Below are positions 1 through 12,608 of a stretch of 64,000 bases of DNA, piece by piece (position 1 is the first letter of the stretch; every line of letters starts with the position of its first letter). The DNA lies in contig JAQGDQ010000057.1 of NCBI GenBank assembly GCA_030141605.1, positions 434,001 through 498,000 on the forward strand. The letters are read 5' to 3'. The position numbers were made by a program, and so were the translations under genes. This stretch comes from Tubiluchus corallicola (lineage: Eukaryota; Animalia; Priapulida). The notes beneath the pieces were generated by a model. It saw nothing but the letters and a program-made list of their open reading frames with translations, was not told the DNA's origin and ran no database searches.

Positions 1-982
1 TTACACTCAGTTATATAAATCTGGTATTTTGTATTCATAGTTGGCTCAATTTGACAGTTGTGTTTGCTTACTGAATCTTGTTGTTTATTGACTGTGTTAA
101 TTAAGATTGACATCTTTGTATGGCATTTTTGGCTGCTTTTTGACTGGCGATGGGCACAAGTCGCGCTGGAAACGTATCAGTAATAGGGATGTGAATTTTA
201 AGCAATATCAGGGGTTTTTGTTTATGTCTCACCATTTTCAAAATTCCTGAATCTATATGCAAAACTCAACAATATCAACTGTGGCACTCTACATAATATT
301 ATAAAGGTAGTTTTATTTCACGGGTAATAATTAAGTGCCAAACACAATCACATGGCAAACTAGAAAACACAAGAAAGAACATGAATTTATGTGAAAATTC
401 CACCAAGGTGAATACAAATAAATACGATAATACTAAAAATTTTATATCCAAATCATGACACACAAAATACATTATACCCAAAACAACACTGATTATCGCA
501 TTCAAGGATGCAAATGCTTTAAGACACATCAAATACACTAACTTTATCTATTGTAACTAGAAATCAATCTGAATAATTTCACTAAACTTCAACTGTGTCA
601 GGCGAGGCACATCTTATAATCTGCACAACAATAAAAATAGTTATGTTACTTCTTGGTCTACAACTTCTGTTCAATGGTTCAATTTACTAGTCTTGTAAAT
701 ATTACATCTGCATTTTCAAGCAATAGAAACATGGTGGTAAGAATAGATTTGGTATACCACTAAAAAGAATCATAATTAGTGTTAAGTTCAAGTGTAAACA
801 GAGGTGTTAACTGCCTCTTGCACTTGTATAATTAATTATCACAATTTCAGACAAAAGTAAATTTATATGATCATCAAGCTATTTTATCTAGCGATGGTTT
901 GAAGTTACTCGACACACACTTTGCAAGTGCAACCTTGAATCTGCTTGTTTTCACTAAAAATGTAATAACCACGAACAAACAC

Positions 983-2055
983 TTATAGTACTGGTCTTAC
1001 TTTTATGTGGCAACTAGAATGACAGAAAAGATAAAATATACTCCAACTCAAGATACAAAGTGTGATTAGTCCAACTACTAAAGCAATTACCCAAAAATTG
1101 TTTATGAGACCAATACCACCAGTCTGCCTTTCGATGTTGTTTTGCATTTTTCTTGGATCACAACAAACAATTCCACAAGATGCAAACTCACAGCATTTTT
1201 CGTTTGAGAGACAGTCATAATCGTGACTGCATTGCCGAGTTGGGCATGAACTGTTCATGTCGTAGTGCATATCTGGACAAGCCCCTTCATGACGAGCAGT
1301 AGAATCAGCAGTTGAAACTTCTGTGAGCTGTTTACTTTGAACAGTATCATCCACGGTCATTTCACAGTCATAACCTGTAAACACTGGAGGACATCGACAC
1401 ATGTAAAAATTGTTACCACTTATACACGATCCACCATTCAAGCAAGGATTTGAAATACATTTATTGATAGTTTCACATGTCTTTCCTGTGAATCTTGGTG
1501 GGCATGAGCAGATGTAAAAACTTTCAAAGCTTGCACAAGAACCACCATTTAGGCATGGATTTGGTAAACATTTATCAACAATTTCACAAGAATTTCCTCT
1601 GAATCCCGATAGGCAAGAACACGTATACAAATCACTACCACTTATACATGATCCACCATTCAGGCATGGATTTGGTATACACTTATCGACAATTTCACAG
1701 TTTTTTCCCGTAAAACCTACTTGACACTTGCACATATAGAAATTATCTCCGCTGGCACAAGAGCCACCGTTTAAACAAGGAATTGGCGTATCTCCTTTAC
1801 CAGCAATTTGACAGTAATTTTCAGCCTCTTTTATCTCGCATTTTTCTCCCTTATATCCCTGAGCACAGGAACACTTGTAGGAACCTGCTATCTCATCACA
1901 TGTTCCTCCGTTAAGGCAAGGTTGAGCAAAGCACATGCGCTCATCTTCGCAGTTCCGGCCCATATACTGTTCGGGACAAATGCAGTTATAACTATCCACA
2001 ACATCCTGACATGTTGCACCATTATCACAAGGGCTAGATAGACATTCATCAATTT
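983..2055 (-). CDS. Terminal exon: 6 EGF repeats, S/T-rich linker, WAP domain, TM helix, cytoplasmic tail, stop
   Basis: Acceptor ttatttcag|AAATTGATGAATGT; EIDECLSSPCDNGATC...; WAP-like GACP...C...CSHDYDCLSNEKCC...CGIVCCDP; hydrophobic FWVIALVVGLITLCILSWSIFYLF; TAA at 983-985. Confidence 0.92.
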
Positions 2056-5000
2056 CTGAAATAAGAACCACATTTCATAAATTGGAAAATATTTTATCAA
2101 CATATACGTGTAGCAGCTGGTAATTTACATCCAAAATATCTGGTGCTTTATCAACTTTTAGCTATAAAGTTGTGCTGATTGATATCGATTTAGAACTCAA
2201 AACTTTAATAACTAGAATTTATTGACATACTTATATTAAATGTCAAAGTGCATTTAAAAACACAAATAAAATATAAATCAATCAAGAGTATACTATTAAT
2301 TCAGTTGCTAAAACAAATCTAATGTAGTTTTAAAGTTTTGAATGTGAAAATGTCCACCGAAATTTCTTTTTACGCACCCTTTTCAGGCTATCAAAATGCA
2401 AAATATGTAATAACAATTGTGGTAAAACGTGAAGATAGTACAGTCATCACTATATCATGACCAAAAAATTTATAGTGCTATCATCTAGTACTAAGTGGTG
2501 AAAATTTTGCTGTATCATTATAAAGGTAATGAGTTAAACTGAAGCTATGTCACCCTTAAACATAATATCATCCATACCATTTTCACACCTATCACCATTA
2601 TATCCTGAGCGACACAGACATATGAAAGACCCTCTAAGGTTCAAACATGTTGACTCGTGGAAACATGGACGAAAAGCACATTCGTCTATTTCTGAAAATT
2701 CCAAACAGTAACAACAGTTAGTCATTCTTCAATATTCAAGTGTGTACCTCTTGTCAACCTCTTTTGTGTATGTTCCTTAAATTTACTGCTTCACTTGGCA
2801 ACATAAAAAACACCATGGATGGAAACATGTTCTGCTACTGCAGATGTTGATTAATCCATAGTTTTAGGATTCAGGTCAAAGAAGTAAGGTAAACATGCAA
2901 AACCATTTCTTTGAGTTGTGTCATTTTAATAAGTATTATATAGTGTAATAAGTACAGTCCAACCTCTTTATATTGCCTATTTTGGACTACAAAAAGATAG
3001 CTAGCATTAAGCGAGTTTTGAATTATACAGCAGATGCTCTAATACATATATGTCTATGCAATAATAGACATTTTGTTTTGCCAAAAATGTGGGTATTATA
3101 AAGGAGTGGGGGAGATATAACAAGGTTTGACTGTATATGTAATAACATACTGTGTCTCGTACTATACTACTTAATAACATATGTGGTGATGGTGACGTTA
3201 CTGAGGGTTCCAAAACTCACATGGTTACAGGTTAAGTTGGGTATAAGAAACGATATGATAAGGCTTTTTATTATAATATAGGTACAATAGTAAAGGGGAG
3301 AAACTGACACTGAGTCAACTGCAAAACTCATTTATACATGTTTCCTCCATGGTCCCAACACTGCTGCAAAATTGAAACACAAAATACTGAGAAATTATAT
3401 GTATGACAAGAATTTATTTATACTATTATTTACATATGACCAAATATCACAAGAATGTACAAACATATAATGATAAGATGATTACAACTAAATCTGAACT
3501 AATCAGTATTAGTTTAATCAGTATAACCCAAAGCCCAAAACCATGTCAAAATAACCATATAGTCCTAAATAGTTAAGTAAACATATTATGATGCAGAGAT
3601 ATAGTAGATAACAATTATCTGTGAAAACAGTTACTATCAGCCCTGACTGATGTATCAACAGGTGAACAACTGACAACATACCTCAAAAATGCAGAGTGTA
3701 AATACAAAACTTGCAATTCACTCAGGTTTACATCAAGTTAGTAAATTTAGATAAGTCAATGAGCAAGAGTTACGATGCACCAGCAAAACTGACAACAAAG
3801 TAGCAATAAAGCCTAAAGCCTAATTAATCAAGCGATAATGACTTGAAACCAACAGACGTAAAAGTTAAAAACAAAACAAAGCAGTCACTCATGGATAGGG
3901 CAGAAATGATGAGACTTACATTCATGACCGGTGGCTCCTCCAAGCAGTAAACACCCAAGAGTAAGTACATACTGCAATGGTATATACTTTTATTCATACC
4001 TACATAAAAGAACAAAGTCTAGCGAACTGGTAATCATAGGCAATGTTGAGCTGCACACATCATATCTATAGTGAAACCTGTACTTGTGAATAATTTATGC
4101 ATCCGGTGTGTGCCTAGTAGCACATAAGGCCTCTATAGATCTCTTCTATGCCTCTCTGTCTGCATGACTCGCTGCATTAGCCTCACTTCGAGTTTGCCAG
4201 CTAGTGCATGGTCTTTCTTTATCAGCAGTAAACCTCCATGTGGTTTCAAGCCGTCCTTTCCTTCCACAATTTTCAAGTGCCACTGTTAATGCCATACTGC
4301 TATAGTTATTCCTGATCTGCCTTTGAACACGTTCAATAAACTTTCGCCATCTTTTCATTGTCTTTAGAACTAATCCTCATCCTCCTATGTCTCAGGCAGT
4401 TATTTTTTCCACTTGACCCCCTTATTCACCTTCCAATTCACCATTCACCTTTCGCATGCATATAATGTAGAAGAACAAGAACAATCAGGGTCTCGATTAA
4501 TTTGTAATTCTATTGTCTTGTAACTTGTACTTGTATATTACTGCAGACTTAATGGAGTCACTGATTATTATATATTAGCTGTTCAGATTTACCATGTTAG
4601 CAAAGGAGTTTTTAAACTACTCAAGCAAAGCCATTTCTAGATTTTTGCACTGGTAAGCCACATGCATTTGCTTGCTGCTGGTCTTTCTTTGTATATCTTA
4701 AGAATTTTTGTCTTGTTTTCAGAAATTTATATATATAGCAATGGAATTAGATTTTCAAGTCTTAGTGAGTATGCAATATAGTTTTTTGTAAAAACTTATT
4801 TATTTAAAAGCAAGAATGGTCAATAAAGCAGCAAGCTGCTTAACTCGACATTTTTCTATATAAATATTATTATTAACAGCACTCACACTCACTACTAACA
4901 CAAATAAGCAAGATACAATTACTATTATAAAGAGAACATTACCCACTTATCCAAACAGTATTGCAATAAGAAATGAAATAACTGATGTCAATCGGACAGA

Positions 5001-8000
5001 TTGGTTAAAAACAATCAGTAGCTTAAAATAAACTACAAAAATGGTACGACAAACTTTAATGACAAGAATCAATACAATATATAAAAAACCTTCAATAAAG
5101 GAAAACCCAATGTTTCAATGAACCACTGTAGACTGTCTTCAGCGAATCAGACTTGCACCTGAATCACTTTAACAGGGGAAGATTGTTAAAATGGAAACAG
5201 TGTTACAGAAATTCGTTTACATGTGAAATGAAATGACCGAAGTCAATGTAAGGTAAATCACTCAGTCCACCTACCAACTACATGACAGGCACACTATTAT
5301 GAATGTGCAGACAAACAAACAAAACTCAAATTATTTCTTGAGTATAACTTGTGCATGAGAACCAATTCTGCATCATATCGTGCAAATAGAATGTTATGAT
5401 CACACTTCAGGAAATATTTAACAAGAACATTTTATGCTCATACCTTTTTCACAATTGTATCCAGTAAATCCTAGAGAGCAACCACAGAAATAGCGCAAGT
5501 CTTCTGTTTCAGTACACGTGCCATCATTGCGGCATGGATTTGATGCACAAATGCCAATCCCTAAAAATGCAAAATACATTGACTCATGATAAAAACTGGT
5601 TGCATCACGTTAGGAATGGTCAACCAGAATGACAACAAATAGAGATATCGACAGTAGTGTGGCATCTGCAGTCACAGCACCAATTACTGCTACTGTCTGT
5701 CTACTATAAAAAGTTCGTTTCTCCACAGACATAATTCTTATGTATTAATACAATGTAATATTGTACCTACTCAGTTCACAGTGTGGTCCAAAGTATGTCT
5801 GCTTGCAAAGGCACTCAAACCAATCAAATTCATCTATACACGTGCCCCCGTTCAAGCAGGGCTGTGACTCACATTCATCAGTTTCTAAAACAAAAACAAT
5901 AATGTGATAAAAAAGTAGAATGGCACTCCTTGCCCAAGGCTTGCAGAATATAATTATTTACTAAACTGCACTTGAAAAGTAAACACCATCATTTTTTAAC
6001 TGTGGATTTTTTTATTCACTAAGACCTACCAAGCTCGCAAAAAGTTCCTGTGACTCCTCTAGGACAGATGCATTTGAATGTGTCATACTCAAAATCTGTG
6101 ATGCAAGTAGAGTCCACAAAACAATAGTTGTTAATGCACTTGTCGAATACTGAAACAGATTATATGTTGGCAATGTTTTAGTACAATCTACTGTAAGATA
6201 TATATCACAAAAGAACAATTTATGTCACACTTAATTATGAATCAGCAAGTATTATACAAGATAGCAACAAATAATAATTACAAGTGAAAGAAGACACTAC
6301 TAAAGACAGTCTCTAAGAAACTACCTTAAAGTACATATGTCATAAACATAGTGTTGTAAAATATGATTTATGTACACCTATTTACAAATAGTGAGAAATG
6401 TAAGGATGTAATCAACAAAAATAACATGAAAGTAATTATTGTAAGACAAAACAGAAAAAAGAAGAATATAAAAACAAATGTTTCCAGTATTGCAGTGACC
6501 ACTATATTATAAAAGAAAACATATAAAAAAATATAAAAATTGAGCCATCATAACAATGCACTCAATATCTAACTTCAAAGAAAAAACAATATTAACAATT
6601 ACTCGCCACTTTGGTTGTAACTCAGAAGAAAAAATAAAACATACTCACCAATGGCAGTTAGCAGAATAAAGTTTTGCTGTTAAACCTACTTCAAAAAGTT
6701 TACAAGACAAAAAACTTAACTGATTAATTTTTCTTACAAAAGGGCATGAAATGATTGAAGAAAACAAGTAATTATAACTAGGTGAGTATTATGAGGTATG
6801 AAAATACATTAATATTACTATTATTATTAAACATACAACAAAATGCATGAAGTTGATTTTTAAAATGGAAAAGTGTAATTGGGAGAAAAACTGTCAGCAC
6901 ATCTACTTGAGGGAAAACTTTACATGCTGACAATCCTTTGCTAACTTGAAAGACATGATGACCCATAAAAGGCAAGCAAAAAGATGCCAATTTTTTGGAC
7001 ATCCTGTTTTTGTTGTTGGTTTACCTGCTGTTTATTTAAAAACTTACTGATACAATCATCAAACAGGTTAGCATGATTGCAGTTTTTTTATTAGTATGCT
7101 AAAATAACTTTTGTAAATGCTCTTGAAATAACTGATAACTTGGTGATATATAGAACATCCTGTAAATGAGCCCTTAGACTAAACTTAACTTTAAGTCACT
7201 GAATGAAGCACTGGTGTATAAACCTGTGTGTCTTTAAGATATACAGATGTATTGAATTTTGAATTCAAGTGTGAGATTAAAACATCCAAAAATGGCAACA
7301 TGTGATTGTTCCCACATTCATGTGTGAATTTGATGTTTTCATGCTGAGCATTGACGTGAAGTAGAAATTTTTGTTTTAGAAATAGCCCACTTACTAAACC
7401 TTTCCATGAATTAGTTCAACCACCAAAAAACAAAGATAAGCGGCTGATTGCTTACATTGGGGAATTTCACCCAGAAAGATCTGAATGGAACGTCTCTAAT
7501 TCTGAAAGGTATTTCAACCTGGAGAGCAGCTTGGAATGAAGCATTTGGCAGCAGAAGATTAGCAAATGAACACATGATATGATATGATGATGATAATGAT
7601 GATGATGATGAGTATATATTGAATTGACTAAAGACTATATTGCCCACTAATGACTATGACTATGACTACGAATATTGACTACTACTAACAACTCGAGCAA
7701 ATCCTTCTTTAAATATTGTTGAATATTGTCATACAGTTTTCTGTATGTATTTGGAAGGCAAACAACAAATAAATTATTGAGATCATAGATTTAACATGAA
7801 ATGGAATGACGTTGAATTGCACTCTTTTGTCCTTTGAACTGTTGCTTAGTTGCACATGGCAACTATTGAAAATTTTTGCTAATTCGTTGGAAAAATTTTC
7901 TCCGTGCATTTTTATAAATCAATTAATGTGTTTAATTGTTAAAAATTTGCTTTTGTCTACAGATTTTATACCTTGGATAATGATAAAAGTTTGTCATCCA

Positions 8001-11000
8001 AAGTCATGAATCAACATAAATTTGTGATTATCTCACAGATAGTATGGGCCCTTGTTGTTTCTTTCATACTTAAAGCATGATTAAGCTTGTAGCAACATTT
8101 ACATATTCAAAATTTAATGAACATTCGAAATAGAATTCAACTCAGCTATAAATATGCAGCAAACAACAGCAAAATTTTCTGAAACTTTACCAGAATTAGA
8201 ATTGTTGCTAATTTCTGAATTAATAAAGACCCAGCCAGAAAAGTACATAACTCCTGCTATCAACAAGTCGTCCTTCTATTAAAAAAGTCAATTGTAACCA
8301 AGTATATGTGTGAAACAGCTGCACAAGCAGTGCTTATTCTTCCCTCACAATACCAACTCTTTTCAAAAAATCATACATTATCAACTTATGTGTCACAACA
8401 ATATTTAAAATAACCCTAAACACTAAGAGTTAAAGCAAATCAGCCAAAGCATGACATAAGCAAGACAAGATAGTCATATCCAGTGTCACCAAAGATCATT
8501 AGTTTCCGACTTCTGCTGAACATCATCAACAATCCACTAAAGATGAAATGATGAAATATCATTATTACACACATAATAGTGTATGTGTTAAGATTTCAGA
8601 TAAATATTTGAAAAACGATTATACCGTTCTCACAACGTTGGCCATTATATCCTTGCTCGCACAGACACACATATGAATTCCTCATGTCAACACACGTTGC
8701 CTTGTTCAAACATGGTCCAGATGAGCATTCATCAATTTCTGCACATGTACAACAACAAATGTTTAAAAATTAAAGAACAAATGCACGTAGCAGTGTTGCT
8801 GTAAAATGTGTTCATTAGAGATTATTTACAAGTTTTACAACAATGGTGATTAATACAGATGGACAGGTACTACAAAAGGAATGTCATAAGCCATGGCCAT
8901 AAATATATAGGCACAGTAAACCAATACATGATGCCAGCATAAGATGGCTTTTCTAACATTCTATAACAAATAGAGCACAATCATTCTTGTGCTGTTAATG
9001 TCATGCAAAATGTGGGGCACGATCATTCAATTGTTATCAATGTGATTAAATAAAAATTGACTGTCTCAACAAGAATTTAAGTAATACTGTTAGCATAATT
9101 ATCATTGAGCACATTGTGTAAAGAGTTACTGTATCTGTGCTTGATTTAAGTTATCACTCACTACACATACATCGTAACTTCCTTGCGAACATTTACAAGA
9201 TTTACTAAAAACCAAATTTTGACTTGTTCCGTCAGTCAGTGATGTAAAAAAACTCCTAGGTTATGCAGAGTTTTATTCCAGAAAAAAATAAAATGTTCTC
9301 ATATCTGCATTTGATGAAAACTTATGACAGAATACTTACAAGTGTGTGATGCTTTGACGGTTGACAATTTTGGCCACACAAAAATTTCACTGTTTGTATC
9401 AACATTTTATTAGTTATCAATTTCATTTGACATCAACGTCATACATGTTTCCTAAAAGATTTATATCTACCCTTTATTCCAGTCATTTTAGCTTTTCCAC
9501 ATGAGTTAAACCCTGACAAGAGAAAAAATAATGTGAATGCCTAAATGTAGTGCGGTCTGATATTTATTTGCTGAGAAATGTCATCTTCTTGACACCCACA
9601 GTATGCCCGCCATAAGTGGATGTTGTCATGGTTACCTGTTTCGCAATTATAACCTGTAGTTCCTGCTAGACAACTGCAGTTATACTGTATATCATCCTTG
9701 CCTTCAAAACATCTGCCACCATTCTTGCAGGGAGCTGAGCTACAAAAACCAATATCTGCAAATTTCAAAAAATTCTTACAGAATTTTTTTATGACAAATT
9801 GTTCAAAACAAACCCAAGTGGCCACATTAGGTAAGGAGCCACAAGAAAAGGGTTAAAATACGCATCCACAAAAATAAAATCTTGTAACAGCTTTAATTGA
9901 TATAGATAGGAACTACTTGTTAACATTTTTCTTAAAATAGATGCTAACAATGTCCAAAGCAAAATATGTACGTACTACCATACATCAGTTTACATCGTAA
10001 TTATGAAATACTACTAAGGCCCATGGTAACTCACAATAACCATCAGCAATATGTTGTTAATTTTTTCCTCACTACTAATTCTAGTGGCCTAATATAAGCT
10101 TGCTTTTCAGGTCTCTTGCACAGAATACAAGAATTGTATCTTAATTTTATGTATTAACGAAAACTTCTTTATTATGCAAAATAAATCAACTGAACTGAAC
10201 TAATGCCGAGAGGAATAAACAGCAGACAAGGTTGCTCAGATAAATGAAAGTAACAGCCAATTAAGTTTTCAAAAGAAAGCCAGCAGTTTGCTAGAACCAC
10301 TTCCATTTGAAAGATGATGCATAGTGGGCAGTGGCGGTAAACAGGAATGTGTGGCATCAACAGGTAGGATGCACCATGTTTTAGATAAGAATATAGTTAC
10401 CTAGATGACGACATGAATGAACGACTGACCACAAATCAGTGCCCGCCATACCAACAATATTATGTTAAGTGTCAACTATGTCAAGAGTGTTAAGTTAACA
10501 AGGCCAGGCAGCAGCCTAAACACTCAGTTTTTTTGCACTGACAGTACTCCATGCCCATGCAATGTTAGAGAGTTGATTTGTAAAGACAGCTCTTTACAAA
10601 TGGCGAATGCACTTGGAAACATAATACCATCCTGTTTTATAATGCATTAACAAAGAGTTGCCACAAGATTCTTGAATGCGAAACAGGAAGTACTACAATA
10701 CCTCCACAATGTCTGACAATACAGTTAATTCTGGACAGGTGTATTTCAAATGAATTTGAAATATTATTTCCAGCCATGTAACTGTCTTTCTTATTTGAAC
10801 GAAATACTAACTTTTAAACAGTGCAAAAGTGACAAATATGCTCCATTGCTGTCAATACAGTTAACCTCGGATATAAGGTACTCACTTATAAGGGACATTC
10901 GCTTATAAGGTACCATAAGAGTCGGTCTCAATTTTTGCAACGTTTTTCCTTTGAAAAATCTGCATATATATATATATATAAATAACATATTCGGATATAA

Positions 11001-12571
11001 GGGACTTTCGTTTATATTGGATGAAGTTTTTAGGTCCCATGCAAAAGAAATTAAGCAAATTTACTCGCATATAAGATAATCGATGACCAAATACTTTTTT
11101 CATTCTTAAGCTTGATTAGCGCCATCTGCAAAGGTTGTTTGTCGTGGTACTAAATTGTTTGCCGATAACATTTGCCCCAATTTTCCAGTCTACAAGTGAA
11201 CAACGGGAACACTGTGTATGCATAAACTGACCCAAAGACTATGAATATTATGCCCATATTAGCCATACATATATATATTACATATAATCAGTATTCATAT
11301 AAATGTTAGTTTAATAACTGTTTATCTCTAAATTCAGTTCGAAAGTAAATATTTGACAGAGTTAGTTCAGCATGTACTAAATGTTGCAAGAAATGGTCCA
11401 AAAAGGCTACTGAAGTAGGGGAATAGACAAAGGCTGCATAAGCATGAACGCAACTTACATTTGGCTCTATTTCAGTTTTATGGGACACCGGATATAAGGA
11501 ATGATTTTTTCTGGTCCGAAGGTGTCCCCTATGTCCGAGGTTAACTGTATTTACAATGTCTCACTAATAATGAGAGTTATGCGGAGGTGGGGTCTCAAGG
11601 CTATCAAATTAAATTGAAAAAAGACGTAAACATAGCTAAAACTATACAACCAGATAAATTTTCAAAAGTAATACTTTTAGAGTTGCCATCTTATACATTC
11701 TTTTTGTCTAAGTATTCTGAAGTATCCACCACCATTGAAACACTTTTAAGCAGCCACAATTTAATGTAACTGTTTGATCTTCTATGCAAAACTTTATTAG
11801 TTTACTCTTATAAAGGGTCGTGTACCTCACTATACCTGTAATTTCCTTATTTTGACTAAAAGAGTAGTTCTACAGTAAATTGATCATTGCTCACCACTTT
11901 CCCAGCTTTTACAATATGAATTTCACGTAATTTTACCACAATGATTTTAGTATTGTTTTAAATCATTTTTCTGTCTGTTGCAATAATTAATGTTTAGCAA
12001 GATACTGCATTTTGTAATTACATGTTTGTATTTTGCCTTGCAGTGTACTTAATGTTAATTGGTTTACACTGCTTACCTCCCTTATTAAACTGTATTTTTA
12101 AATCTTCTATATAGTGATTTTTTTCAGTATCACGTGCTTAGTAAAGTGAGTACATCAATTTCCATCATGGTACAGCCATCCTACTGTTTTGACCACAATG
12201 TTGGCCATGTCTGTAAGATCCTTCTACAATTTGAGACACAGTTGAATCCACACAAACATTGCTGCTTTTTTGCTGCTGACCAGTGACACAGTTGGTAGCT
12301 GGTCAGAAGCAGAAAAAACAGCTATTTTCTAGTACCAGTCATTGAAAAATAAAATAATTGATTTAGGTATGGTACAATACATACGCAGTTCACAGAGTAG
12401 TCCATACTGTCTGGGTGGACAAAGGCACTCATAATAGTCATAAAAATCAATGCATGTACCGCCATTTTTGCATGGTTTAGATGCGCACTCATCAATGTCT
12501 GTAGAGTAAGGAAATATTTCATAAAGTATTTCAGTGTTAGATTAGATTTAAAATTATTTGTTTAATACTAA

Positions 12572-12608
<37 letters not shown>

